Source: Macrostomum lignano
Taxonomy: Eukaryota
Reading direction: 5' to 3'
Assembly: GCA_002269645.1 (NCBI GenBank)
Contig: NIVC01001310.1
Location: forward strand, 248,001-312,000
Length of the DNA stretch: 64,000 bases
Shown here: positions 1 through 30,711 of the stretch, in pieces
Position numbering within the stretch: position 1 is the first letter of the stretch
How the letters are laid out: every line of letters starts with the position of its first letter
The notes under the pieces: model-generated
Told to the model about the DNA's origin: nothing
Databases searched by the model: none
What the model saw: only the letters and a program-made list of their open reading frames with translations
Made by a program: the position numbers and the translations under genes

Positions 1-2084
1 TCTGTTTGGACAAGTTGGACATGTATGCCACACTCCTAATCATGTAGTATATGCCCAAAATTTCGGGCGTGCATTGGCCTTGCATACCAAAATTAGGCAT
101 GCATAGTTGGTATGCATCACTCCTGAAAAAATAATATGCGTGCACACCTGGCATGCACTTTATAGAAGCATGCATAAGAGTTATTGTAAAGTTGAAAAAA
201 GAATAAAATAGTTCATTTTAAGTGCAAATTTCAAGCTTTCCAGATTTTTCAAGCTTGTAAAGGAGCATTTAAACAAATTTTTGCATGTATAAATTTTCTG
301 CTGCAAATAGTATTGCCGAAAAAGCATAAAAAGCAACCAAATTATTTGGTAGTAAGGGTTTATTATGCAATTTAAAAAGGGTATTTTATTGTCACAACAT
401 AAAAAAGGTCATTTATTATCACAAAACCGGTGTATTTTTGAGAATGGGCATGCACTTACATTTTTTGGCGTGCATTTGTAATTACTCAAATTTTGTTCAG
501 GTGTGCACCCAGCATGATCTGGACTATGCGTATGGTATATATGCCTAGTATACACAAATATACAATCCAAACTATGGGTAACTAACAGTATGTTATAGAA
601 AATTTTTAGCCTTAATATAATTAAATATAAGGCTGCACAATAATGCAAGCAATGTGATATTTTAATAGCCTAAAAATATTTAATGAAGATTGGTCAATTT
701 TTTGCTTTGCACATTGTTGCAATGACCAACTAGACTAATCAATTTCATAAAAAAATTATAAACCATGATATATATATATGTTCAATAAAGAAAAAAACTC
801 ATAGTGACACACACTACCATCCACAAATGCATGCTTTTTTAGAATTTTAGATAGAGGTTAAATTTAGATCGACTACTGAGTATGATACTTACATCTTTAA
901 TTGTACCTTCAGGAGAAAGTTGAACACTTCGTTTTTCTTTTGGTGATTTAATATGAACTGTGATCACATTATCAGATTCAGCCATTTTGCAAATCAAGAT
1001 AAATTGTAGAATAAATAATTACCACCTTTGGCTAAAATTCGCACCAGTTAGGAAAAATTGTTCACCGTAATTGCAATTTTGAAATTAATTAATCGCATTT
1101 TGGACGGCTTTAAAAGTTATAACAACATTATGTGCACTTTAAATACAAATTTTAATTTAATTAATGTTAAAGATATAAAAAAGATAATAGTTTGCTACTT
1201 TTCAAAAAACTTATTAATATGCATTGCTGCTCAAAAAATCTACGGACACGTAACTTTAACAGCAAATACATGATCGTAACCCATGACATTGACTTGATGA
1301 AAATTTACTAAGTGCGGCAGGAACGAATCAAGGACATATGGCTCCGCTGGTGAAATCTCAATAGGACGGGAAACTACTACAACATTATGCTACGAAAGGC
1401 TCCACGGGTGTCAATAGGGCCATACATGTAAAAGGCAAGACATATCAAAGGATTAACATTGGATCTGCAGCTCCTATCAAAAGCAATTAGAACTAATTGT
1501 GCTAAAAACTATGAAAACCTCGCGACTGCATTTTCCCCGCATTGATGCGCGCATTCTTTTCAAGGACGATAATTAAATCATGAAAATTAACCTCTATATA
1601 TAGTGTAACCCCTATTTTATCATAGCCTATAATATATCATACAGTCTAGCTCATGTCTCACCCAGTCAGCACATTACTCACTCAAACTAGCACAATCAAT
1701 CACTCAATCTCACCCAGTCTAGCGATATCCCCTATTCTTAGCTAGCATGCATAAAATCGCAAGCCAATGCAATCTTTTCAGCCAAAAACAACAAAGGGAA
1801 GCGACTATCAAATATTTGAACACAAAATTTGCGTTTGGATGCTTGACACTTGAATAACAAATAACAATAATTTATGGAAAGCTAAATTATATTTCAGCTA
1901 GTAGCGATGAAGAATAGGTTTAGAAAAAATGGTCAATCAATGTGGCAGAGTTATAGGTACTCGTAATTCTCAGAGTCTATATACATGTATAATGACAAGG
2001 ATAGATTTATAAGAGTCTATGGCCCAGAGTCCATGACCTAGGATAGATTTATAAGATTCTATGACCCAGAGTCCGTGGCCGAGA

Positions 2085-3649
2085 CAAGAACTACTTAACA
2101 ACTCAGGACGCTACACTCGCGAATGGTAGAAATTCTAGAAAAGGCCGCTTGCTTTAGCTGTGTCTATGGTAATGAAGCCTTTTCACTAACATTCTTTCAT
2201 ATTCTCAATGCTGGTTCAGACCAGCACTGCTGGTTTGTAGCAATAATTTGTTTCGTCTAAAATCTTGATAAATAGCAACATTCTTTTTCATCAAAATGCC
2301 AAATGAAGTGCTGCATCCCTGGATGCAGAAGCAATTATAAGAGCGGTGAAAAATGCACTGTTTTTGGCTTTCCAAAGGAAGAAGCTGAAGCTGAGGCATG
2401 GCTCAATGCGTTGCCTGTGCAAGTTAAGGCCGTAATTTATGTAGCCTTTTGAACCTAATTTTTCGTTTCTACTATAAAGATACGTATATTAACTGAATTG
2501 TGATGATCATTCCATTCTATCTGTAGAAGGCTAGCATCTACATGGGAGTCTGCAAAAATCACTGGCCTGAAAATGCACCACTGGAACGAATTAACCGCCA
2601 TACACGCCCATCGACCCACCCTCAATCTTTAAAGATTTTTCATTGACTTCCCTGCGTCAGACTGTCTCAAGTAAGTATGAATGGTTGTGTACTTTGTTTA
2701 CTTACTAAGTTGTATCAGCCTGTTTCAAATATTTTAGGACGCTCTAGAGATGCTGGTCGGCGAGGCGTGCTGTTAGTCGACAGAGCTAGGGCCCCTGATG
2801 AATTGACTGCCTTCAATGCTGTCGACAGAATTGTCTCGTGGGCACTATTCATTACGTCAGCTTTGAGCCTGGATTTTGTTACCTCCGGAAGCTGGGTTGT
2901 TCAATGTCAGGATTTGCGAGTCAATTTTTTGCTCATTCATGAGCGCACTGTTGAGTCCTCCGTTCGAGTTAAGAGCGACTTCACAGTCTTGGCGTATCGG
3001 CGCGATGTGCTTGTAGAAATTTCTGACATATTAGGTTTTCAGCACAGGCTGCAGCGCTACAGTCAGCTGGAAGCAATTGCCAACAGGACGCGGAGCAATG
3101 AAATCTCTGCAAGCAGTCGATCTGACTAGAATCATCTGATCCACGTCAGCAATATCTTCTACGCCAATTTCAGCTAAGCTTTAAACCACCCGGTGGCGCT
3201 CGGTACTTGGTCTCGAAGACTGCATGGCCAACTCCATCTATAAAGGCATGGTGCGCAGAGATTCCGAGACGTCCAGACAATGAACCACCGTTTGCTCTCG
3301 CCGACTCCGCAAACTGTAGCCTAGCTGAATGTTTCTTTCAAAACACCTGTATATTTTCAAACTTTGTTATAGCCATCTATGTTTTCCTTATACAGTTACG
3401 TTGCATATCGTACTTTTCAATCGTCATTTACAATTCTTATGCTGGGAATATTTGCATAAATTTATTTTTTGTAGAACTGTAAAAATAATTATTATAGCGC
3501 AAAACTTTTATTATTATCTATCACTCAGTACTTGCTTCTTTATCCAAAAAGCTTATTAAAAAAACATAGACAGCCAAATCAAGCGGCCTTTTCTAGAATT
3601 TCTACCATTCGCGAGTGTACCGTCCTGAGTTGTTATAAAGTAGTCTTTG
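2085..3649 (+). mobile_element. Internally deleted P-superfamily (THAP-bearing) DNA transposon
   Basis: Inverted repeats of ~65-80 bp: 2085-2150 (caagaactacttaacaactcaggacg...aaaaggccgctt) vs 3581-3649. Termini CAAGA../..CTTTG resemble P-type ends. Flanks ggccgaga (2077-2084) and ggccgaaa (3650-3657) are a 7/8 match to an 8-bp TSD. Interior encodes a THAP domain. Confidence 0.8.
2296..3129 (+). pseudogene. Frameshifted THAP-domain / P-transposase N-terminal remnant
   Basis: MP-(frameshift)-KCCIPGCRSNYKSGEKCTVFGFPKEEAEAEAWLNALP, then GVCKNHWPENAP...PSIF (C2CH THAP signature), followed by ORF 2677-3129. No DDE core remains. Confidence 0.75.
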
Positions 3650-4107
3650 GGCCGAAAGTCTATATGGCTCTCAGAGTCCGAGACTAAGTATAGATCCAAA
3701 GAGTCTATCGTCCGTAGTCTAATTGTCGATATTAACTATTATGGTCTAGAGTCAGTAGTGATGATCCTACAGTAATGCATTTCCAAGTTACTGGAGATTC
3801 GCTGGAGAAGCTCGCTCGTGAAGTTTACGGTTTCAGTCGACTTCAGTTGACTGCATGTAGCAAATATCGAGTATCAACACATGCAGTCTATGCATGTCGC
3901 ATAACTTAATTTGACCGTTGGCTGTTTTCCGTGCGAGCGTACGTTGCAGCTGTGAGTTTCTCACAATTCCCTGACAGATTGACACTTCTCGGCGTAATAA
4001 TGGCTTTTTAGTTTAATTTTTTTAGTTTATAATAGGAATTAAGTCAATAAGTCTTGTCAATCTTGGCGAAATATTAATTATAAATTAACTTGCAAAGCAG
4101 AGAAGAA

Positions 4108-5034
4108 ATGGTGCTCGCTTAAAAATGCGCTCTTTTTGTGGCCATCCTGTCTGTCATAGGCAACACTGCTGTCTCCTTTGAAGAAAGTGTCCTTAACTGT
4201 GAGAGCTATTTCGAATTCTTTCCATCTGTATTTACCAAGAATTGTAGAAGGATTGTAATTATTTCAATGAGCTTTTGAAAGTAAGTTTAGAAAGCCAGTA
4301 CGAATTCTTATAGGAAAAATTTAAAACGCATAAGCTTAGTGTCCTGAACTATGTGCAAGTATCAGTTCAAACGCGTCCTTCAATCTGCATTCGCATGTAC
4401 ATGTAAATTCACAGTTGGCGCAGTTGGACCGGGCAAAGCATTCAGCGGGCGGAGCACTCGGAGCTTGATGCTAGACCTAGTCAACAAAGTGACAGTGCCT
4501 CCCGTTGTGATCTGCAACAACTGCCTCATCGAGTCTTGGCTGAGGCGGGACAGGTCAGTCAACCACGCTAATGTCCCCGTCTCCATGTTGTCCTCAGTCA
4601 TTAATAACTACCCTTCGGATATGAGAAATATGCTTCACATCCTTCAAATTACCGAAAACGGAGATTGGTACTCTTGGTAAGACAAAACGAATATTTTGTT
4701 TTAATTGTTATTATACGAGATAATAATTAAGATAATTAAGCGTAGAAGCATAATTAAGCATTTGAACTAATTACTAATTATTAGGTGACTAATTAAATAT
4801 ATTAATAATTTTAGGGATAAAACTCATCAACCTCTCGGAGAACTGAAAGTGCGCCTGCGGATAATCAATTCCTATAACAAAAATGTGGACATCATCATCC
4901 TGGACATGAACATTAAGGCGGAGCTGGTGCCAAAGAATAGGGACTACTACGCCTACGAACGAAATGCTATATTGCTAGCTGCAATGAACGAGTATAATAG
5001 AATTATCTCTGACGTGGCAAACAGTTTTGTCTGA
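4108..5034 (+). CDS. Small secreted protein of unknown family, copy A (3 exons; in-frame TAA at codon 5)
   Basis: Exon 1 ~4108-4198 (signal-peptide-like, ends SFEESVLN|gtgag). Exon 2 ~4417-4676 (STRSLMLDLVNKVTVPPVVICNNCLIESWLRRDR). Exon 3 ~4817-5034 (GELKVRLRII...DVANSFV*). Collinear with the paralog at 7630-8420. Confidence 0.7.
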
Positions 5035-5739
5035 AGTTGAGCATTGCTGAATCCGACTGGTACGGAAGTAAGAGCTGTCAGTTCAGCCTAATATTCTAAT
5101 ATTCTAAATTGGATACTTAGAATTATAACAGCAAACATCAACAAACAACTGACTTGTTGTGTTTAATCTCGTATCTCTCCGCTCCGTGTAATTTCTTTGA
5201 ATGCTATTTGCCATCTGTAAAACAGTTGATTCGATTGCTAATAGAAAGAATGAGCAAAGTTATATACACTGAAGTAAGTAGTGATAAAAGGTTCTGAAAT
5301 AATAAATACTTTACATAGGTATATCGCACACCGCCTATGTATTTTTTTATTTTTGTAGTCAGTAGTATATGAAATCTAACCTTAGCCTTAAACTTTACAG
5401 TTTACCAAATCTTAGCTCGTACACGGATGACATTATTAGCATTGAAGCCATTAACTCTAAATAGATGTATATTAACATGAGACAAGGAAACGTGCCGTGA
5501 ATGCTGATAAATAGAACTTAAACAATTGCGCACCACGTCCAACCAAGAACCGATTGAATTTACTGCTGTATCAAGACGTAGCACGATCATGAATATGAAT
5601 GATCATGAATGGGTGGAGATTTTCGTGGTTTGAGCCATAGACAAATATATAATCCTGATTCGAACGAAGCAAAAAGGAACAGCAAATTCAAAGAAACAAT
5701 TAGTACGCGAGCATGGGTGACAACTTGCCCAGAACAGGG

Positions 5740-6219
5740 TCAGTAACGCGTATAGCAGCCACGTGCGTGTAGCAGAGCGCTCACTCCAGATGCAGCAGAG
5801 GGCATCCCCAGAACCAGGCGTCGCAGAAAATCTTGCGGTAGTTGTTGCCATGCAGTAGACAGTGATTCGCGCAGTTGGGCAACGTTTTGCGGCGGATTGT
5901 CGCGCCGAATCGAGCGCTTCAGGTAATCCCAAACGTGCTCTATGGGATTCATGTCCGGTGATCGGGACGGCCAGCGCAAGGTTCGCAGGTGCAGCAGCTC
6001 CTTCAGATGCGCCACAGCGGCTGCGCGATGCGGTGGGGCGTTGTTATCTTGTAGGACGCTGTTCCCCACGCCACCACATGAAGCATCAATGACACAAGTA
6101 CGTGCTGACGAAATCACCAATCGTCTATGGCACAAGTCTGGCGACAAAAACCAGTTTTAAAACTCTAAATATACAAAGCTGGCGCGAGGGTGGAAACTTC
6201 TCAATGCTTCTGACTGTAT
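5740..6219 (-). mobile_element. Tc1/mariner transposase C-terminal fragment with one probable end
   Basis: QDNNAPPHRA...WPSRSPDMNPIEHVWDYLKR...RGCYTRY* is the Tc1 DDE C-terminus. Upstream on the minus strand, TA-CAGTCAGAAGCATTGAG looks like a terminus, implying an internal deletion. The second end was not found. Confidence 0.85.
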
Positions 6220-6524
6220 TTAGCGATGCTTGCCTTTAAATAAAGCATTCTATTCGACTGTGTTTAAAAGAAACCTGCATGGCTCCATAGCTTTTGGGCC
6301 ACAGAAGCTTCAAAATTGTTATAAAATTTTCATAAAAGTGTCCCTTTTCAGGGTGACAAAGAATGAAATTTCGTGTCAAAGTTTCCATAGTCTATGATAA
6401 CTCCCACTTTTTGCTCAGCTCAGCACGAAGCAGTGTAACAAACAAGTATATTTTTTATCAAAAAGCAACGAATCAGCATCGCGCCTCACTCGTGGGTAGC
6501 GCTCTACGCTCTCCGGATTATTTT

Positions 6525-6730
6525 GGCGCATCTTCACTCAAGTTCGAAATTTCTTCAGTCTCCAATCTTTAAGCAAACTCGCCACTCGTCCGAAATTTCT
6601 TCAGTCTCCAATCTTTAAGCAAACTCGCCACTCAGTTCCTCTAGACCCGGGATTATTGTGGCGCATCTTCACTCAAGTCCGAAATTTCTTCAGTCTCCAA
6701 TCTTTAAGCAAACTCGCCACTCAGTTCCTC
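6525..6730. repeat. Imperfect tandem triplication of a ~55-90 bp unit
   Basis: cgaaatttcttcagtctccaatctttaagcaaactcgccactc occurs 3 times. Confidence 0.8.
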
Positions 6731-7629
6731 CAGACATCGAGTTGCAGATTCGGACGTCACCCAAAGCAGCTCCTTCATTGATAATCCGGATACCATTTGA
6801 TCCGACAGATTAGCCAAGTTCAACATTCTCATGAAGTAATTCGCTTACAGAGGGTAATTAAGTCTCCGAATGGCTTTCAAAAAAGAACATTGATTTATTG
6901 AGTTCCTCTCATCAAAACACTGAATAAAAATTTTCTTGTCCCTCTCTTTCCTAAATTTAGTCTATGGTGCAACTCTCGATATGGTGCAACTCTCGATCCA
7001 CCAACGAATCAGAAACACTCTTCTACCATAGACATTCTGCTCAGCTCCAACACCCAGCCTATCCCTAACATAGAGCCCGCAAATTTCTACATTGTCACGC
7101 AGGAAATTTCTTGCATTTACCAAGTTAATGACAATCAAATTATCTTCACTAAACATAAACGTGTCATAATTACTGCATGTACGCAACTGCAGAACAAGAA
7201 GTACAAGTCATGAATGCTCACTAGCGGTTGATTTATTTTTGTCACTATTTTGTTGCTTCTACTTGGTAAATTTTCAAGAAATTTACTGCCAGCATGTGTG
7301 ACTGACTCTTCACTTTATATTCGAGTGTATAGTGCAGCAATGTTTCATTTGCATACACTGGCTTGTCATCGGCTGTCAAACATTCGATCGATTTTCAGTC
7401 TACAAGCGATAAAATTTGTTTGAATTTTGGTCCTATTAATCGCTCGTATCAGCTCAGCTGTGCGTTTCTCATATCGCATCTCCTTTGTTGTCAGGCCTAA
7501 CAATTTTCCTGGGAACTTTGTCTACTATAAATCTGTGTTGGACAAGGCAAAATTAAATGAAATATATATGCAGCTCTCAAACAGTTAAAATATTTTAACA
7601 ATTTTATTCCGATAATTTTTGAAGCAGCC

Positions 7630-8420
7630 ATGTCGCTTGGATACAACAGCACTCTACTCTTGGTCATCCTGGCTGGAGTGAGCGGTACTGTGGTTTCCTT
7701 CGAAGAAAGTGTCCTGAATTGTGAGTCTGTTCTTGTGTTTTGAATCAACGTATCACAACTCTACATGATGTAACCTCAGCAAAAATACTGTAATGCACAT
7801 TCTAACGTACATTTCGAATGAGCATTCTAACGATGATTGGCGTACATGTAATTTGTATCTGCATGTACTCCACCAGTTGCATCGGGCGAAGTGAGCACTC
7901 GGAGCCTACTGCTAGACCTGGTCAACTCAAACAAGGTGACAGTGCCCCCCGGTGTTATCTGCAACAACTGCCTCATCAAGTCTTGGCTGAGGCGAGACAG
8001 GGCAGTCAACCATGCGAATATCCCCATCTCCATGCTGTCCTCAGTCATTAATAACTATCCTTGGGATATGAGAGAAGCGCTTGAGATCATTCAATTGGCC
8101 GGTGGATTTTGGACGGACATGTAAATTTTGATTTGTGTTTCTCATTTTTCCAAGAAATCATCGTGGTTATATTGGTTACTCCTCCAATCTTTAATTTCAG
8201 GACCGTGACTTTTCCCTCGACTGGGGAACTGAAAACGTCGCTTAAAGTAGTCAACACCTTTAACAACAATGTGGACATTATAATTATGAACGCCCACATC
8301 AAAGCGGAGCTTGTGCCAAAGAACAGAGATTACTATAAATACGAGATCCACGCCATGCAACTTGCTGCATTCAATGAATTAATTAAAATTATCACCGATG
8401 TGGCGAACAGCTTTGTTTGA
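7630..8420 (+). CDS. Small secreted protein of unknown family, copy B (3 exons, ~190 aa, intact)
   Basis: MSLGYNSTLLLVILAGVSGTVVSFEESVLN|gtgag (signal peptide). Exon 2 ~7877-8120 with a CNNC motif. Exon 3 ~8200-8420. Splice phases are compatible. Confidence 0.75.
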
Positions 8421-8842
8421 AGCGATCAAGACTGCTGTTGATCTCTAATCACGCGCCTCAAAAAATACTTAGAGGTATACAGAGCTGCCTGTCGATACGG
8501 CAAGTTCAGGATACAGTTTTGAATTTAAAAAAATAAACAAAAAGGTGTCTATAAGCATTCAGAGGTGCCAAATTGACCGCAGACCAAAAATTTTTTGCTT
8601 TTTATTTTACTCCATTTTACTCTATTTTACTTGTTTTACTTTTATTTTATTTTTGTTTTACTTGCTTTTATTTTACGTGAGTTGCGACGACGACCAAGGT
8701 GGCAAATTTTGGGCTTTTATTCAATGCTGCGATCTTTTTGGCGATTGAGGCGGGGCCCTGGGCCCCTTGCCGTGGCCCCTAATTTTTTTGAAAGCTTGTG
8801 TATGTACAGAATTAGCCAAAGATACTAGAATAACTAGATCTC

Positions 8843-9290
8843 AGTCAACATGATGGAACACTAGTAACAGATAGCAGTCAACATGATGGAACACTAGTAA
8901 CAGATAGCAGTCAACATGATGGAACACTAGTAACAGATAGCAGTCAACATGATGGAACACTAGTAACAGAAAGCAGTCAACATGATGGAACACTAGTAAC
9001 AGAAAGCAGTCAACATGATGGAACACTAGTAACAGATAGCAGTCAACATGATGGAACACTAGTAACAGATAGCAGTCAACATGATGGAACACTAGTAACA
9101 GATAGCAGTCAACATGATGGAACACTAGTAACAGAAAGCAGTCAACATGATGGAACACTAGTAACAGAAAGCAGTCAACATGATGGAACACTAGTAACAG
9201 AAAGCAGTCAACATGATGGAACACTAGTAACAGAAAGCAGTCAACATGATGGAACACTAGTAACAGAAAGCAGTCAACCTGATGGAAAAA
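8843..9290. repeat. 33-bp minisatellite, ~13 copies
   Basis: Unit tcaacatgatggaacactagtaacaga(t/a)agcag repeated head to tail. Confidence 0.97.
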
Positions 9291-9597
9291 TATCTCAGTC
9301 AGCATCCATCAGAACAAGTCAGAAGTAAATTTTGGTTAGTTAAGTGGCTTTAAAATAAATTGACACATGAGCAGGCAATAAACATTTAATTGCATTACAT
9401 GCTTCTGCGATAATCTAAATGCACTAAACATGAGTAGACCATACGTTAGCGTCTATGGCAATCATATTCATTTGCAAACTTCGCATATTTTACGGCGTAA
9501 ACAATTTTCAAATAAATGATATTAGCTCTAGTCTTGTAGAAAAGTTTGAGTTGGGCTTCTTTAAAAGCTAGCGAGTACTGTTGGCAAGTGAAGAGCG

Positions 9598-26550
<16,953 letters not shown>

Positions 26551-27537
26551 ATACGAGCGTAATAAAACAACTTAAAATTGAGTCTATTCCTTAAGAAACG
26601 TACTGATTACTGACAGTAACTCAACGAAAACCAATATTTACTCTACTTAGAAAAAATGAACGTCTAAACTCGATCCCACGGTGATTGTTGTTCCAGCTCC
26701 TATCTAATGAAACAGTATTTTAAGTATAATAGTCCCCATTTGATTAAATCACATCCTTCCTCATCAGACAATCGCGTTTCACTGATTCATTTTTCCAATC
26801 GTTTATTAATTAACCATAAAACATTGACGGCGCGAGGAGGCGGCCTCTTATAATTCGTGTGCCATGAAATTGCATTGCTGCTGTGCCAGAGAGCACTCAG
26901 CTAAATCAATACACCCCACTAGTCCCGGCCAGATTCGGGATGAGATTGAAAGGGAGGAGCAGAGATAACGACAGGAATATATGCGCTCTCGTAGGGGGGC
27001 CACTCCCTAGAGTTGCAGTCCGTGAGCGGGCAGGCTCTGTCTGAGCATGACTTGTCCGGCCCAGACAGCGACCACCTCGCCTCCGCTCTTTGCTCTTTCT
27101 TCCCAGATCCCCTGCCCCCCTCTTTTCTCTTCCCACCGATTCGCGCGCACGTTAAGGCCTCGAGATTCAAGGAACCGAAGGGATTTGAGAGCTGTATGAA
27201 GGGAAAAGAGTTGGAAGGGGATAACTGTGCTCACAATTTTCTGCTGAAGCGGGAGGAGGGCACGCGGGGAGTCAATTAATTAGAGCAGAGCTGCAGCCTC
27301 AGCTCAAGGAGGCAAGAGGCGGAGGGCGAGAGAAAAAGAGAGAGAGGGAAACAGGAGACGAGAGGTGCCTAGTCGAGTTCGGCAAGAAATTCCTCGCCGA
27401 ACAAAACTGACACCCCAACCCCGCTGTGGGCGGCTAAAATACCGTGCGATGGCTGCGGAGAAAAGTGAGTGAAATAATTACAGCTCAGCTTAGACAGGGA
27501 AGCTGACGGGAGAGAAGCTGAACAACAGACCAGGAAG

Positions 27538-28590
27538 ATGCAGCAGCTCCCAGTGCCCGACGAGCACCCCGTTGTCCAATGCTCAAAGTCCGACGCCTCC
27601 GTCGAGCAGCGACGCAGCCGGACGAACTTCTCGGCCGGGCAGCTGACCCAGCTGGAGTCCGCCTTCAAGCGAAGCCGGTATCCAGACTCGGCGGATCGCG
27701 AGGAACTGGCCCGGGTGCTCGGCCTGTCCGAGTCGCGAGTTCAGGTAAATTTGGAGTACTGTTGATATCAAGCGCGTCTATAGGATTCGATTATAGACCG
27801 CGACTCGCTTGACTATTGTGAATTTTCAGGTTTGGTTTCAAAATCGACGAGCTAAAAGTCGACGAATTCGAAATCAGGAATTGTCGGCCAACTGCTCAGA
27901 GAACGGGAGCTCACAGGCCAATGGAGACGATTTTGCTGAAGGTATTTGTTTTGCTAATGAACACCCTAGTTAATATATATAGTAGGCAGACACTGCCTCG
28001 GGTTTAAGTTCCAATGCGCTTCATCGAGAGACATGGAGTTACAACATAAGTGACCAATAATGATCGACACTGACCATCGAATTTACCTACTATTATATCA
28101 TTATATTCTGAGAAGTTATAATGTTTTACAATAATGTTTCATACACTAATCACACTACTCACCATTTCAATTTGCCAAAACAGTAGTCAGAGTTGGTCGC
28201 CGAGCTGGAAGCAAAAGAAGACGAGAAGACTCGTCTTCGGCACCTTCGGCTGCTCAACTGGCACCGACACAGCCGCCGTCGCCGCCGCCGCCGCCACCAC
28301 CGCCGCAACTGCCACCTCCACTACCGCTGCCGCCGCTGCCACCGCCGCCGTCTCAGACTTGTTCATCAACATCTGAGCTGTTGATGCAGCAGACGTTAGC
28401 AATTAGCAGTTACCTGGCCCTCTGCTCTCGCCTGGGTGTCCTGCCTCCGCTGCCAGTTCTGCAACAGCATTTTGCCGGGCAATTTTCTATGGCGGCTTCA
28501 GTCAGTCAGGTCACCGCTGATCAGGGAATTAGCGAAAGCATGAAACTCAATGTTGACAGGGGCGATGAGCTGAAAGACGCGTCACCTTGA
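27538..28590 (+). CDS. PRD-class Q50 homeobox transcription factor (Shox-like), 3 exons
   Basis: [46 protein letters not shown]|[12 protein letters not shown] with the PRD-typical intron between residues 46 and 47 (27745-27829). Exon 3 28184-28590 is proline-rich and ends ELKDASP*. Confidence 0.9.
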
Positions 28591-30129
28591 ATAAATGCAC
28601 AATGAGACTCTGAAACTTATTATGTTTCGAATAAAATCAAAAAGTCATATGCATGTAAAGGGTGCTGTGATCGTTAAGGTCTTTTTTAATCAATTGAACA
28701 AATTATTCAACAGAAGTGGATCATCATTGCCAGCTGAAACTTTTACAAGCAATAATCATAACCAATTAAGTGTACACATATAATTCACTATACACTACAC
28801 GACTGGATGTTACACGAACTAGAAGTGATATCATATTTACTATATGCAAAAGCATATAGTAAATAAGAGAGGACTTATGCAAATCCTCTCATTTTTATGA
28901 ATAGTGAATTAAAACCTTCAAGATTTAAAGTATAGAAATAGTCTTATTTGTTCAACAATAATATGGACTTCTGGTAAAGTTGAAAAACAATTTATAAAAA
29001 TTCAAGAATAACTAGCTGCTGTATGAAAGCGAAATAGAGAGCCACCCTGCCATTTTAACATTTTCGACATAGGGACAGACATGATAAATTAACAAATAGT
29101 GTACATTCGAGTATCGCATAAATGAAATATAACAAAAGTAAATAAATAATCTCAATTACTTTTTACAAAAAAACTTTCCAAAAAATCAATGGATCGATCA
29201 GACAGGTCTGTTATATTAAAAATTAGCTTTCGATCTGTTTCTAATCATAAAAGGCCATCTCATTGTACGTAGTTTAGTGTGTCGAAAAAAGTCCCCACTC
29301 GCAACAAGAACTGTATTTCTAAGAAACACATAGCTTTTGTTTTAATTACTTAGTTTCATAAACTTATTAGTACGCTCGTGTATTGATATTGTTTATTATA
29401 ATAAACTTATGGAATTAAAAAAATAACTTTAATGGCTACTAAACTAAGTAAGCTACTTTGTAAATTTTAATATGGAAGATAAAATTTCAGCATTTAGATT
29501 TGATGAAGAATGGGGAAAATCGGAAAATGGTACAAGGATGAAGGTACTTGTAAATTGTACAGCTAGTAAATGTGGAAATATTTCATGTGGGCAAATACTT
29601 CCTAATGGCAGCTAAAGTCCGTTATAAATTTATATTTGTGATAAAAGTAAGACATTAGCTTAGACAGGGTCGCGTCAGCTTTTGGAGAAAAAGCACGAAT
29701 TTTCACGTCAAACCACTGCAAAAGATCAAATTGCAGTTACCAAAATGGTTAGAAAATTTATTACTGATGGACTTTTGTGGGTCCGTTTTCAGTCTACTAT
29801 CGTCCGTTGTTAAGATCCGAGCTAATTTTTTAAAATTAGTTTTGATCGCTGTAATTCTGATAATATGTCGAGATTTCGCTTAGTTTAGGGTTTATTTCTG
29901 AATATTATACACATATTGAAATCACTTTGATAGTCCGTTTTAAACTGACATGTACTTTCAAAAATGACCCCTTCATTTCTATAGCTAATTTTGCTACTTA
30001 CAACAGTAGTATAGTGTAGTGGTACGCATTTGTACATAATGCGTAGTACCAGAGGACTCTGATTTCAGGACGTCATTCGGACCATTTTTTGACCCCGGGC
30101 TTCTGGACTTTTGAAGCTATATTAAAAAT

Positions 30130-30445
30130 GTGCGTTATCTCCAAATAAGGTTGATCCAAAAGTACATTTTCTCTCGAAAGAACATTCCCCCATTATTGCA
30201 GACGTTGTTCCTAGGTCTTTGGTGCGTTATTTTCGACTTTCCCCTAATTTCTTCCATGTTACAACCCCTTAAAGGCTATTCAAAAGGAGAACATCTGCGA
30301 ATAATTTATTTCGCGCAACTCTAAAAATTAGGAGAAGTCGAAAATAAACGCACTGAAGGCCTAGGAACAACGTCTGCAACAATGTGGGAATTTTCTTTGC
30401 AGAAAGTAACTTTTAGATCAACCTAAATTGGAGACAACGCAATTT
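30130..30445. mobile_element. Diverged MITE / long inverted repeat
   Basis: ~120-bp arms: 30132-30250 (gcgttatctccaaat...cctaattt) vs 30325-30441 (aaattaggag...ggagacaacgc). Confidence 0.7.
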
Positions 30446-30711
30446 TTGCTATAGCTAGTCCAGGTGAGGTTTCGAAATTTCTTTTGACAATTTTTGCAGC
30501 ATTGGCACTTCGACGTTTTAAAAGTGAGCGAATTTTTGGCAATTTTATCTAACATGATGCTAAACAACAAAGCCTTTCTAGGAAAAGCGAGATTTTACCA
30601 ATTAGCGAGTGCATGCAGATAACGTCCTTCAACTTTAGCTGTCCATGGCACTTGCAGTTCTTGCGTAACAGTACGTGCGTAGACTGGCTCTCAATTCAAC
30701 CAGCCTTTTCC

